DNA from: Cycas panzhihuaensis
Lineage: Eukaryota > Plantae > Cycadophyta
DNA length: 64,000 nucleotides
Reading direction: 5' to 3'
Assembly: GCA_023213395.1 (NCBI GenBank)
Contig: CM041465.1
Location: forward strand, 50,289,741 to 50,353,740
Each line of letters begins with the position of its first letter. Position 1 is the first letter of the stretch. The notes under the pieces are model-generated. The model saw nothing but the letters and a program-made list of their open reading frames with translations. It had not been told where the DNA came from and ran no database searches. Below are positions 10,711 to 25,400 of the stretch, piece after piece. Made by a program: the position numbers and the translations under genes.

Positions 10711-13700
10711 CTATTGAATATTAGGGTATCATTCAAGCAGTTAAATATAACACCTACGCCCTAATCCAAACTAATGTGGTAGATTTTGGGTGATTGTGTA
10801 GCCATTTAGAAGAGGTGCTTTGTAATTAACAACTTTACAAATTCTCTTCAAATAGCCCAACTATTGTAGAATAAGAAAAGGTTAAAAGGTGAGAGGTTGA
10901 AGAATAGATAATTCTATCGATTCTTGCTGGGTCTACCCAAAGTATGTAGTTAGGATTCTAACCTTTTCATTTTTATTTCTTATTCATCTACCAACCTCAA
11001 GATCTTTATAAGAGAACCCTACAACCAATTAAGGATGATCATGGCTTTACTCAATTGGTATTTTGTATACTAAATATACTAGGATGTACTTTTTTGATGT
11101 AAACAATGCTTCTTACTAATTTAAAGACTAGTATTTGATCTACTTGGTATTAAGTCCTTCACTATTGTTAAGGAATTTGTGATGTAATCTATTAGATTAA
11201 TTTAGTTATGTTGGTTATCTATGGTTTACACCATTTATAATTCTGAGGGATTTATAATGATGGTATTCTATAATTCTACTTTACTTTCTTTTTCTTTAAA
11301 ATGCATAATACATGTTCTTAGTCTTGCCCGTACTATTAACATGCTTATAGAAACACTATTCTACTAACCATTATTTCACTTGTAGATAAGGTTTACTAAT
11401 TCATTCATTTATTTTATGAGTAAGTTGATGTGTTTTTAATATTGAATATTTTGTAGATATTTTTTTGTTCTTGTGGTCACTTATTAAACATTTTGCAAAC
11501 CAAATCCTTATAAATTAATTTTTGGGGAGGTACAAAAATAAGAGGTGATATGGTTAAACCTTCAACATAAGATGCCAATAGGAGAGGGGAAACTATTCTA
11601 CCAAAATCACCTAGGACTTGCACATAGATTTATTTGCTTTAGAGGTAACTATAATAACCAACCTTAAACCCATTGAAATACTTGAGGTAAATACAATACA
11701 CAAAATGTCCAAAAGAGACTATAAACACTTGCTCACGTTTTCATCAAATCTTAAGATTTAGCAAGAGTGTCAAAATACTACATTAATGCTACCATAAACT
11801 CGATGAAATACCATGTTTAATGATTATTGAGAATTGCCTACCAAGCCACCACTACCATAAATGCCTTGAGCTCTATTAGTCGACTACACACCCCTAATAG
11901 TAATAATATTTGACCCATCCATACCAACATTGATCATTATGATGCTTCTTAGTTATATATAGGTAAGTTGTAACATGCTTACACTTACATATTGATGTAC
12001 CAATCCCCATATGGTCCAAATTGTTGAGTGAAAATTATCAAATGCTCTAATCTTAAGTTCCATTGGGAGGAAATTAGGGCATAAAGCAAAGTATTAATTG
12101 CCAAAGATATTTAAGCTCCCATTAGTATTCATGGGTCCAACCACATATGTTATACTTTGATTGTTGGACTACTTTGATTAGACTGCCTCTAATTCATTTT
12201 ATTTTACCTTGATGGATTACCACCTTTATCTCCATAATTTTAAGAATGTACATAAGAGTGTAGGACACAAGCTAACTCATAACATCTATAGCAATGTCCA
12301 TAACATATCGAATTGAGCCTAAATATCATATACACATAGACTATACTAGCATCCACAATGAACCTAGGTAAGAAGCCAAGACTAAACCACGATAATAAGA
12401 TTCCATGCCTTATGTTGTGAAATAAGAGCTTATCATCTTCTTTAATAAAGCATTACCCTTACTATGGACTTGAATTAGCCGAATAAAATAGGACTTTAGA
12501 ACATCTAATTCTATTTAAACTTCAATACTATATGGAAACGGTTATCAAAATAATTAACATCAAACTCAAATAACAAAAGACTTTTGTGCATTTCATTTAG
12601 CTTCAATAGCTCTATTAAATTTAGTTGAGGATAATATCATGTCCATTATCCATCATAGAATGTACCCAATCTCTAAATCCTCTCTTTGCATTACTAAAAT
12701 ATCGATCATGGTGTTATTTGTATCATAATTTTATGTGCTAGCCATTGATTTTCATTATATATTGCCTTTAAATCTAAATATCTAAGAGACTAGTAAGTAA
12801 AAGCTCTAAGATTGTTGCTTCCATATTTATCTATAGCTACCAATGCTTCTAATAGATAAAGATATATGACATCGATGTCATCTCCATAACTATCTATAAA
12901 AGCAAATTGTTCCCTCCTTTTAATCCCCAATGGATACTAAATATAACCTAATCATTATTTATGGTTGAATCAATTGATTCATCAATCTAAGAGTGATATT
13001 CCTATCCTTGCCATCATAGTTTTTTTAGGACAAGCCAAACAAATGAAGTTGGATTGGCAGCAATATTGATCCACCATATATAAATACACCTCATTACACT
13101 CAAGTTGACCATGAAATATTAACCGTCCCACAATGCTAATCTAGGAAATTACCCAACATTAATCAAGTTCCTCCATTGTTTGACCTCACCCTAAATATGA
13201 TGATTCAATAAAGATTGAACCATTGATTCATTGATCCATAATAACACTAAACCAACACACACCTTACTTACTAATCAATACAATGTGGATCAACCATCGT
13301 CATTGAACCACCAATCATCCTAGAAAGGCACATGCAAAATGGCATAAAGATATAAGGTTCATAATCTTTGAATCTTGCTAAATAACATCGAGATTATGGG
13401 TGTTGATCTAACACTAACTAACAATGCCAATAAAGAATCCACCCCCCAAACTACCATAACCTAAAGTTAAGCCAAAATGGCATAACCAAACATATAAACT
13501 GACACAACCATAAAACATCCCCTCTTCATAGCCAACTCCCACAAATATAATCATGAAACCTCACCATTGAAACTCTAAATTCACCAATCCATATGACTAG
13601 ATCTCCTTGGTGCCATTATTTGATTATCATAACTTTGTCTTGAATAAAACTAGCCCCTAAATTGGCAAGCTCATTAGCTCTATGATTATATTAATGAGTG

Positions 13701-14415
13701 ATGTGGTAAAACTCAATGTTTAAAAATCTTTAGGATAGGTTTACAAGTTCTTACAAGAGAGATTTAAGATTCATACTTCTTGGGCTTTTATTATTCTTTG
13801 CTACTTTGATCATTAGCATCAAGTCCCCAGAGACTTGTAATTGCTTAATCTTAACTTTCATATCCTTGGTTAGTACCCAATGAAGCCCATGAATTTTGCT
13901 TCATTGTTCGATCTCACTCCTAATCCTTTAATATAATCCAAATGGTGTTCCCTCAATGGTCCCTTAAAAACCCTTACCCCCCCCCCATCCCATGTGCACT
14001 CTAGCTAATCTCATATTATACTTAGAAATGCCATAAAAAATAATTGATAATAATCTCCCCTATACTCAAGTTGTTTGATATAGTTATCCTTGTAGATTGG
14101 GTGATTTTCTACTATGATTTCTAATTCTTTACCTATACTTATTTTGCCATTGCTCAAAGGGCTAAAAGAGTAGATCACAAACTCTAAGCATGGGATAGTA
14201 GCTTTAGCTAGGTTTGAATATATATTTAACAAGTTATTGTTGAAGGGGGTTTGTCTTAAAATATAGACTCATTTTAGTTGAGGAAGGGGAGTAATATTTA
14301 GATCTTATTTATTTGTGGTTTTCCCTAAAACTAATAAGGGCACTTACCCTCCTAGCTTAATGCAATATACTTGAGCTCAAAGTTGTCTATATCCAATGCA
14401 TGTCTACACTTCAAA

Positions 14416-17400
14416 TATTAGAGTATAATGTTTTATCCTAGGACTATTAAAGAAGAGAAATAATGTGATTAAACCCTCATTATACTTAATCTACATATTT
14501 ATTTATGATAACCATGTAAATGGTTACATAGTCTAATGTATAAAAGGGAGGATTTCCTCACATAATAATGAATTCTAGTTTTCTTCCTCATCAATCTAAG
14601 GAGCCTAATTTTTTAACATGGTATCATAGCAGGCTGTGTTGCTCATTCAATAATTCTGAGGAAATATTTTTTAGTAAGATCATGTGAAGGGGTTCAAGAT
14701 CGTGTCAAATCATTTACAGAATAAAATAAAGTCATCAAAAGATAGAATATCCCTCTATACGAATTTGTATAGAATTGTATAAACAAGTACGTGCTCAAAT
14801 TTTTTGAAATTCTCAGATTGATCTAAAATTTTACCAGCGGGTGCATCTTTATATGGCCATCACTTCTTCTAACTAGGTTAATGTCATTTGAAGACTTTTT
14901 CAAGGAGAAAGTCTAGCCTTTCTATTCACATGGGTTTGAGGAGAAAACTAATCATCTTAATCAAATCTATATGCCAAATTAAGTAATAGTAGATTCATTC
15001 TCTTTATTTTCAAAATCTGATTCTTTTGATACCAACTTTACAAATTTCCATACTTATTTTTGGATTTTTCAAGCACTTTTCATAAAAACCCTAAGTGCAT
15101 AGATCAGAACTTTGAGTCTGATTTTCTTCTTGTTTGAAAAAAAACATCAGAAAAGAATCACAGATCCAGATACCTATTTGAGAGATCTACAGTTTAGGGT
15201 ATTTTTCTAATAATTCTATACAAGTTTGAATCCATACAAAAATTCATATAGACATCCATATAATCATATGACCTTGATCTCTCAGACCTACTTGACTTCT
15301 CAAATCTATTTTTAACTCCGTACAATCATGACATCCTCAATTTCGAGTCTTAATGATACAAATAAATTGACCAAGAATAATTTCCATGTTTAGAGAATTA
15401 AAATAAAAGCCTTATTGTGTGCCAAAAATTCTTGGGAATTAACTATTGGGAAGGAAAAAATGCCAAAAGCTGAAGGAGATGCCCAGAAAATTTGGAAAGA
15501 AAGGAATAATTTAGGAGTAATAACTTTGAAATTGTCAGTCTCTAATCATCTTTTAATATACACTGACAAATCAAATTCTTGCTCCCAATTTTGGAAGGCT
15601 TTTAAAAATCTCTATGCCCAAAAGAATAGAGTAAGGGTGATAATTCTGAAAGAGGAGTTATTTAAACTAGTTATGAAGGAAACTAAAACAATAGCAGACT
15701 TCATTCATAAAGTCACTACTATTTGGAATGAATGCTTGAGTAGTAGGGTAACCATCTCTAAAAGAGAAATAGTTGAAATGGCAGCAGGAAAGCTTTTAAA
15801 GGCATTTAATATAATTATTAATATAATAACCAATACTAGTATAATTGAAGAAATGACCCTTGATGAACTAACTCAAATATTGTTGAGACAAGAATAAAGA
15901 AACAAAAGATATAAAGACATTGACGAAATCAAAGATGCCTTTGTGACAAAATTAAACATAGGAGGCTCAAGAGGAAGGATGGTTTAGAGGTAGAGGATAT
16001 ACTCCTGAATCCAGAACTCCTTCATGAGGAAGATGGTCAGAAAATAGGGGACACAGTCGTATGTATCCTCCAAGAGATGCTCAGGTCTACTTCAACTATG
16101 GTAAACCTAGACACTTTTCAAGCCAATGTTACATGTTTAATATTTCTTATCACTATGGATAGTTAAGACATTATCTATACCAGTGTCATCGATGTAGAGA
16201 AGAAATCCAGAGAGGGAAGAGATCAACTAGAAATTATAGCAAAGAATAATCAAAGGAAGAAGAAGAAGAAACTACTTTCATTACTACTCTATCAACTAGC
16301 CTTTAAGATGAGGATGTATGGTACATTAACTTGGGAGCATCATGACACATGATAAATAGAAAGGATTGGTTTGGGCCCATCAAAGCTTATTCGTCAAAAT
16401 CAATCAAACTAAGAGATACGTATCCTTTAAACATTAGAGTATAGACCATTGTTGTGAATTTATAAGGTTATGTAAAGAAAATCGGTAATATACTTTTTAT
16501 ACCTTAACTTAAGATAAACCTTTTGTTAGTATCCCAACTGAGCGATAAGGGCTTAAGGACCATATTTGATGAAAAGGGTATGTGTTATATGTTGGACATA
16601 AAAAATTGTGGTGTTGTCATTGCTAAGGGGGTAAAATACAATGACTTGTATAAACTACTATCTATTCCTGTTAATCCAAATGTAAAAGCATTATGTGATG
16701 TAAACACTAATGATAATAATAAAATGTGGCATTTGAAGTATGGACATCTTCCCATAAATAAATTAGAAATGATGAAAAGGAATAATATAGTTAATAGGCT
16801 TGCTTCTACCTCATTAGAACATTTTTATTTGTAAAGGTTATCAATTTGGAAAACAACATCATTTTCCCTTCACAACCAATGAATGCCATGCTCAAGAGAA
16901 ACTATAGCTAATACACACAAATTTGTGTGGTCATTTGACACCACTGTCCATAAATGGCTCTAGATATTTCTTAATTTTCATTAATGATTTCACTAAGAAA
17001 GTGTGGGTGTACCTTATTCATAATAAGTTAGAAATGTTTGATACATTTGAAGAATTCAAAGATGAAGTAGAGTTAGAATTAGGATGTAAAATTAAATGTA
17101 TCAAGTTTGATAATGGAGGTGAATATATTTCCAAAGAATTTTTAGACTTCTACAAAACTAAAAGTATATGAAAGCAATTTACAATCCCCCATACACTTAG
17201 TCCAATGGTATAGTTGAACGAAAGAATAGAACCATAATGGAAATAGCACATAGCATAATTCATGGAAACTAAATTTCAAGAACTTACTAAGCATAAGAAG
17301 TAAGTACATTATGTTATTTAATAAATCGAAGTCCAACCACATCATTGCAGTAGATAACACCTAAAGAAACATGATATAAATAACTTAAAAATCTTTAGCA

Positions 17401-19595
17401 CCTAGGACTTTGTTCATTTTCTAAATAAAAACAGGACAAAACTTGATTCAAAATGCATAGAATGTAATATGATTGATTACAATAAAAATTCAAAGGGACA
17501 CAGGTGTATAGATCATAAAACTAATAAAATTTATGTAAGTAGGGGTGTAGTCTTTAATGAAGAAATTCCTATAGAGGTCAAATCTCTAGTATAAATAATT
17601 GAAGAAGTATATAGGATTGAGCCCCAAAAAGAATCTTTTACTAAAGAATTAAGAGTAACCACTAAAACTAAGTTGGAAGAATTTGAATCTACTACTCATA
17701 CTAAAGAAGAATAGTAGTGAGAAGAGTCAACTATTGAAGCACTAAGGAAGCAGAAAAAGATACCAAAATGGTACATTAAAACCATAGAAGAAAGAAAAAG
17801 AAATGTGTTTACATACAGAACTAGAAGTTGGTAACATCAAGCCCCCTTCAACAGATTATAGCCATAATCATTTAAAGAAGTGAAGGAGCATACTGAATAG
17901 AGATTAGTAATAAATGCAGAAATGGATGCTATCACAAAAATCAAACTTGGGATCCAGTAGAGTTGCCCCCAAATAAACTAGTGGTTAATTATAAATAGGT
18001 GTATAAGGTAAAAGAAGGTATTGATGGGAAGATAGGAAAATTCAAAGTGAGGTTGGTGGCTAAAGGATACACTCAGACCATCGAGATTAACACCGATGAA
18101 ACATTCTCATCTGTGGCTAAAATGAATATAGTCTGAACAATTATTGCATTGGCAACCCAAAATAATTGGAAAATTTACAGTTGGATATCAAAAGTTCCTT
18201 TCAAAATGGAGATTTAGAGGAAGAAGTCTACATGTGAAAACCATAAGGCTACATTAAGATGGGATAAAAGCATTTGGTATGTAAACTTAAAAAGGCACTA
18301 TACGGATTGAAACAAGCTCCCAGAGCTTGGCATGCTAAGTTGGACAAACACTTGTCTCAAAATGGCTTCCACAGATTCAATTCTAATTCTAGTCTTTATG
18401 TAAAAGAAAATGATGGAAAAATCTCAATCATTATTATATATGTTAATGACATGATTCTTATTGGAGACAACACCAAATCCATCTCAAATATAAAGGGTCA
18501 ACTAGAAAAGGATTTTGAAATGATAGATTTAGGTTCTTTGAACTACTACTTGGGAATAGAAATTAAACAAAATGAAGAGTCAATTATACTTTCACAAGGC
18601 AAATATATCAGAGATTTTCTAATTAAATTTCAGATGGAGAACTACAATGAAAGTGCAACTTCTATGGAAGTAAATTACAATCTAGTCTTACATGAAGAAG
18701 AACCTACAGTTGATGGCACTCTTTACAGATATTTGATTAGAAGTCTTATTTATCTCACTACCACAAGACTTGACATCTCATATTCAGTAGGTCTGGTTTA
18801 CAAATGCATGCAAGAACCAAAAATGAAACATTGGAAGGTAACTAAAAGGATACTCAGATACCTAAAAGGTACTATAGACCTAAAACTAGTATACAACAAA
18901 GAGAAGTCAACTTAGTCGGTTGGGTATTACGACTCTAACTAGGTAGGAGACAAAGAGACTAGAAGATCTACTAGTGGATAATGTTTCTTATTAGGATTAT
19001 CCACCACTTCATGGACTAACAAAATGCAACTAACAATTGTTATTTCATAAAAAAAAGTAGAATACAAGTTAGCAATTAGTGCAATATGTGAAGTACTCTA
19101 ACTTAGACAATTGTTAATAGACATGAATCAATTGTAACAAGAACCAACATTATTCTGTAATAACCAAAGTGCAATAAAGTTGACTAGAAATCCTATTCTG
19201 CATGCACGAATAAAGTACATAGAAGTACATCATCACTTCATTCACGAAAAGGTGCAAAGTAAAGAAATTGATCTAACATATTGTCCCATAGGAAGTCAAG
19301 TTGCAGATATTTTTATAAAATCTCTTGGTAGAGATAAGTTTTAAGTTCTTAGAGAAAGAATAAGACTAAAGAGGATAAAGCATTAAGAGAGAATGTTAGA
19401 GTATAATGTTTTATCCTAGGACTATTAAATAAGAGGGGTAATGTGACTAAACCCTCATTATACTTAATCTACATGTTTAGTTGTAATAACCATGTCAACA
19501 GTTACATAGTCTGATGTATAAAAAGGAGGATTTTCTCACATAAATATGAATTCTGGTTTTCTTCCTCATCAATCTAAGGGCCTAATTTTTTAACA
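14416..19595 (+). mobile_element. Full-length degenerate Ty1/Copia element (Copia-1)
   Basis: LTRs 14416-14618 and 19394-19595 (~90% identical by eye). TSD TCAAA (14411-14415 / 19596-19600). PBS TGGTATCATAGC 14619-14630. PPT ~19384-19393. Domain order gag-INT-RT-RH. Confidence 0.97.
15328..19383 (+). pseudogene. Copia-1 gag-pol with stops and frameshifts
   Basis: gag (15415-15897), WHLKYGH, integrase DNGGEY, RT LKKALYGLKQAPRAW and YVND, RNase H KYIEVHHHFIHE. Confidence 0.93.
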
Positions 19596-22434
19596 TCAAA
19601 ATCCTCCAAACTTGAACCCAAATAGCCTTAGGAAAGGGACATTTCATAAATAAATAATGTGTACTCTCCACACTTCCTTTACATAATACACATGTTTATG
19701 GGGCAAAGATCCATCTTTTCTATAAATTCTCAAAAGTTAGTATGGCTCTCTAGATGACTAACCATATGAAGTGATCTACCTTTTGAATTAATAGATTCTC
19801 CTATAGTTCCTTCCATTTGGACGTTAGCTCATGATTTTTGGAGTAATTCCCCTTATACATGCTTTTATATGTAGTATTAATGGAGTATGACCTAGGGCCA
19901 AAGAATAGACCCCATATGAGCCTATATTTGCCTTTATAGATCCTCACCTTTTACTAGTCAAAGAACTTTTTGTAATATTTATAGTCTCTATAAAGAATTA
20001 AAGGGAGATACTATAAAGAGAGGCTTACCAGAATTTATTTAGGTCCCATATGTTATACAAAACCTATTTAAGATTACCTTAATTCTTCTTACTTCATGAA
20101 TAGAGGCAAAGGTAAATATTAGGTCATCATTAGTAAATTGGGTGTGAGAAATATTTTCCAAGAATAAAATTATAGTTACCCTACTTATCTCTTCTTAGTT
20201 ATGTGCACTAGATAGTGACCTGCTCAATCCTTCAACCATTAATATATACAAGGTAAACAAGAGGGGACATCCTTGCCTAATGCCCTTCTAGGCTCTAAAG
20301 AACTCTGTAGGGGTCTCATTCACTAGTATTGCTTCTAAGGGGTGCTCATATACCCTCCTATCTAATGGATTCATTTTTCATTATACCTTAGATTGGTTAG
20401 GATTCTTAGTAAAAGACCCTAATGGAGTCAATCAAATGCATTGGCAATATCAAGCTTAGTCATTATTAATTTTCTTTATAAGGCTTGCCTTGAGTGGATT
20501 ATGTCATGTGCTATTATGACCTAATTAAGAATATGCATGCTCTTTGCTACTCCTCCTTATTTGCTTCATATAATACTAGGCAATATTTCTTATAGCTTGG
20601 TAGTCATAACTTTAGACATAATCTTATATAAATAGTTACATAAAGATATGGATCTAAATCTTTCCAATTGGAAGCTTAATTCTCCTTTAGGATTAATGCT
20701 ATAAGAGTGGCATTTAAGGCTTTTAAGTCCTTCCCTAATCTTCTTGATTCATTAACCACTTAAAGTAGATCCTCCTTAATAATGTCCTGGGTTGCTTGGT
20801 AAAAGTTAGCATGTAGTCCATCCGAGTTGAGGGATTTATTTAGGTGTAGGCTAAGAATTGTTTGACGCAACTCTTCCAAAATCACTACTTTGGTAAGGTT
20901 AGCATTCATTTTTAGAGTTACTATCCTAGGTATTTCATTTATCATCACATCATATTCATCCTCCCAATGAATTGATCTTCTTTTAATAGGGAAGTGAAGT
21001 GGTTTCTAACTAATTCATAAATTTCTTCTTCTTATGCATAATGGTTTTCATGTTAGTCTTTGGTTCTACCATTCCATTCTCTGTTTGGCAAGCTTTAAGT
21101 GCCTTATGAAAGAAGCATAAGTTTGTGTCTCCTAATTTAACCTAAAGCATTTAAGACCTTAACCTTGCTATAACATTGTTCTCCTTCTCTATTATCTCTA
21201 GTCTCTTAATCAAGTGTACTTCCTCCTATTTAGTGGTAGGAGAATCTTCCTCTACATTCGTATATTTTTTAGTGCTTTAAGTTTGCTTCTTACATTTAAT
21301 GGCTCCTGCTTAGTCTATTTCATGACACTTCACTACTAAGCCTTGAGTTTAATTTTGAAAAACCTCATCTCACAGTGAAAAATAAATATCTTAGTGCCTA
21401 AGAATTTTGCCCATGACCACTACTTCTAGATGAGAAGCAAGAATTTCTTGCATTAAATCATTCTTGGGTTAAACTTGAAAGGAGAATTTCTAAACTTATA
21501 TGGAGCTTGCATCTTTAGTATGATTGGGGTGTGTTAGAATAACTTCTTGATTAGATGTTGGCTTCTACATATATTATTTCTATTATAGATTTAAAGACTA
21601 AGAACATCTCTAGCCTTTTAAGAATTAGGGATTATTCATACCTCTTATTAGACCACGTGAACATCCCATTAGTTGTTTCAATGTCCAAAAGTTTATTTTC
21701 TTCCATCATGTTAGTGACTAATCCTATATTAGGATTCAAGGAAAATTGCCCATTAAGTTTTTTTTAAGATGCAAGATTAAATTGAAATTGCCTTAAAGTA
21801 TCCAATTTTGGATGTGCTCAACACTCTCATCTTATGTGCTCTTATTCTAGCGCTCTCTATCTAAAGTGGGGTGATTTGGCCCATATACATTCGTAATGTC
21901 AAGTACTTTGCCATATCCTAGAACTTAAAACTTGCATCTAATCTAATTTTTACTCTTGACCATTACCTATCATTTAGAGCAATCCATTATTTCATATGGT
22001 GGCAATACCTCCATATTACCCTTGAGCACCAATGCTCTTAATGGAATAACTTCTACCATCCCAAGTATGATTTCAATTTGCATATTTCTCTTAAGATAAC
22101 TTAGTCTTTTAAATAAGTAGAACATTAGGGTTCTACTCCTTAATCTATTCCTTTAGGGTTTGTTTTATTGAGGACGAACCCAAATCTCTTACATTCCATG
22201 ATACGATAATCATCTCCTTCCCTAATAAGATGGTTTTCTTAGTCTTAATCACTCCTTCATTAGCATTCAAGTTCTCAACCATTTGATTATTTGGGGTAAG
22301 TTTCTTATTAAATATACATAGTTAGGATTGAGTACCATTTTTAGCTCCTTTTATTGACTCCTTATGATAAGCTTCCTTATTTGTTGGCCTACCTTGCCTC
22401 CTCTTCTTAGTTTTTTCGTAATCCATGTCAACCT

Positions 22435-25400
22435 TGTTAGAGTGGTCATTATGCACTTAACTACCTAATATTTAATGTGGCACATGTGTTATGTTATTAA
22501 AGCACTCAACCACCTTATATTTAATGAGGTGTGTGTGTCATGTTATAACGTGTAACTATGAGGTTGTTATGATGCATTATCTATGACAAATTTCATGCAA
22601 AGTTTATTATGATTGAATTAATATGTACCAATAGATCTAGCACTCATGGATATATATAAAGCGATCCAAGTTCATTGTACATGATTGATGCCAGATGGCG
22701 AGCTATTCCATATCAATTTAATCAATAGATCTTTGGTGGTGAATTTTTTCCTGAAAGGGTTTCCCATAGATATTTTATTATTTTCTTAATTCTTTCATGC
22801 TTGTTATGTACATAAATAATCTTTGTTTGTCTATGATTTATTACATGGTATTAGGGCTCTATTTCTTCTTGTTTTCTTATAAAATATTTAAGTGGGTACT
22901 AGAGTGTGATTTCTAATATGGTATTAGAGCTTAGGGTTGTACATAAATAGGCGAAGTTAGGTGGAATGATCAAATTACAAGTTGTTAGGTAGTACTAGCT
23001 CAATCCTTTATTAAGGATTGATCTTTATTGACAACCAAAAGAGTTACCATGATAATGTAATAATGACTTTATTTGCAGTTTATGTATTTTCTTAGTGTTA
23101 CATCTATTCTACAAGTTCTTATCTATTCTCTAAGCTATTAATGAAGTAGTGGTTCTAGTCAATTAACTGTTCACATCATAAGTGAAAGGTTTAAGAATAG
23201 ATGTAGATGATTCTTTGTTGCCTAGTTGATGAAAGTTGATAAAATAGTTGACACTAGTTAGGAGAAGTCACAATTGCAGTAGACATACATGTAGGAGAAG
23301 TTGCTAATTTAGTTGTTGTTTAAGTAGCACAAGACTAATGGCAATTTGTCGGTTGAGATATCAATCAACAATATTAGATACACCTATGGTCGGCATAGTC
23401 GAATGCTCCTATAAAGTGAGCTCGATAACAACCGATAGGATAGTCGAGGTTGGATGCTACTAGAGAGATATGTCGATAATAGTCAACAGGGTAGTCGATA
23501 GAGGTTGGATGTTACTATCGAGTGCTACCAATGAAGTTGAACAATCAACAGCATAGTCAATGAAGTTAAATAGTTAATGAGATTGCTAATGAAAAGGGAT
23601 GGGTAATAAAATTATTGACAGAGGTGGTTATAGTCGTAAGTAGTCGATGAGGTTTGGCACAACAACAATCAATTAACGAAGTGGTCAATACCTCAATCGA
23701 CAAAGTGGTCATTACCTTAATTGATGAAGTGGTCACTATTGCAGACATCAATCGACGGAGATATCACTCCATAAATGTGTCAATTGATATAAGGCATCAT
23801 TACATTTGTTTCAAGTTATACTTGTGAGAGTTTTAAATAGTTCTGTCGAAGGGTGGTTTAGGGTCTATATATTTGCTTATTTTTCATCATGGAAAAGTTA
23901 GTTCCTCTAGTAATTTTCAATGGTAATAACTTTAATAAATAGAAGACAAATATAGAATTGGTTCTTATGGTTAATCAACTTTGGGCCATTACCAAATATA
24001 AAATTGTATCTGTCTCTTTAGATGAGAAAGAACGTATTCATATTGAGGAGAAATAATTTATATATGTTGGGTTGCTAAAGTTATCTTTGGCTCTTGACTA
24101 GAGAGCTTTAGTTCATAAGCTTGAACCTTACATGAAATCTGGACTAAGCTATGTGAGATCTTTGAAGAAAGAAAACTAATAGATGTCTTACTTTCATGAT
24201 GAAATTATTGAATTCTAAAGTTGAGGATGAGAACAACATTAGTATTTATATGAATAAGATAACTAATTTGAAGAACATGTAAGATGAATTAAAGTAAAAC
24301 TCAGTTGAAAATACATTGCTTTTGCCATTGTTATGTTAAAATTACTTCTTGTATTTAGAACCTTCCAAACTATCTATGGTAGTAATGAAGCTATGGAAAG
24401 TGAATCATTTCAGTCACTAAAAAACTTGATTCTAGTGGAGAATACCAAGTTGAAGCATCGTGGAGTGCTTGCTAGGTTGAGTTTAAATCAAGCTCTGTTC
24501 ACGAAGACATAAAGAAAGGATGTTATTTAGAAGAGTAAGTCTACACAACAAATAGGCAAGTTGTCTCATGAGAAGAAGAAATTCATAAGTAAATATAATT
24601 ATTACAAAAAAGAAGGCCATAAAGAAAAGTTTTGTCAGTTCAAGAAGCAGGACAAGCATAAGACTAACCAAGTCAACAAAGGAAAGAATGTTGTGGCATA
24701 ATATGGATATTGTCAATGACGACTAAGTCTAGTCAGAAAGATTACTAGATTCTTGACTTAAGTGTACAAAAATGCATAACCTATTAGAAGCAAAACTTTG
24801 ATGCTTTTGATGAAGGTACAAGTGATGCAAATTTCATTATGAGAGATGTTTGTATTTTGCCTATAGAAGGAATTAGTTCCGTTTCACTTATAGGGGTAAA
24901 TTCAATAGTATGTACTATATACTAACCACGAAGTTAAATCTTTTATCTAACTAGAAAATCTACAAATAAGGTATGAAAACTAAGCTTTATAATAATAGAT
25001 GCATAGTTAAGGATCTAAAGAAAAACTTCTCTATCATTGTTACTATGAGAGTGTAGGATAAGTTTTAGGTGTTTGAGAAATTTAGAGCTTAAAAGGGTTA
25101 TTATGCTTTTGTCGCTAGTGCCGATAACAAAAGTAAGTTATGGCATGAATGATTGGGCCATTTTAACTATAGAAGTATCAACCTGATGAAAAGATTGCAT
25201 ATGGTGGTAGGGTACTACATGTTGCTTGTTTAAAAGGCAGTTGTGAAGGATGTGCATATGGAAAGAATCATCGTTATATATTTTCTAGAGATTATGCTTC
25301 GAGAGCAAAGAAGAAGCTTGAACTTGTCCATATTGACCTGATGGGTCCATTACCTAATCCTTATATTTTAGGTGTTTGATATATTCTTGTGTTTGTAGAT

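Larger units (their letters stand above)
13650..22213 (-). mobile_element. L1-type LINE ORF2 remnant (APE endonuclease, RT, RNase H), interrupted by the Copia at 14416-19595
   Basis: Start MIIVSWNVRDLG at 22213. RT region EELRQTI...NKSLNSDGLHANFYQ (20760-20948). RNase H motifs GLGVRSNNEA, GDLML and FYHITH*YNHRANELANLG at ~14000-13650. Confidence 0.85.

Noticed and set aside
14619-14630. tRNA-like sequence at PBS sites
   Set aside because: Only the ~12-nt complement of the initiator Met tRNA 3' end, not tRNA genes
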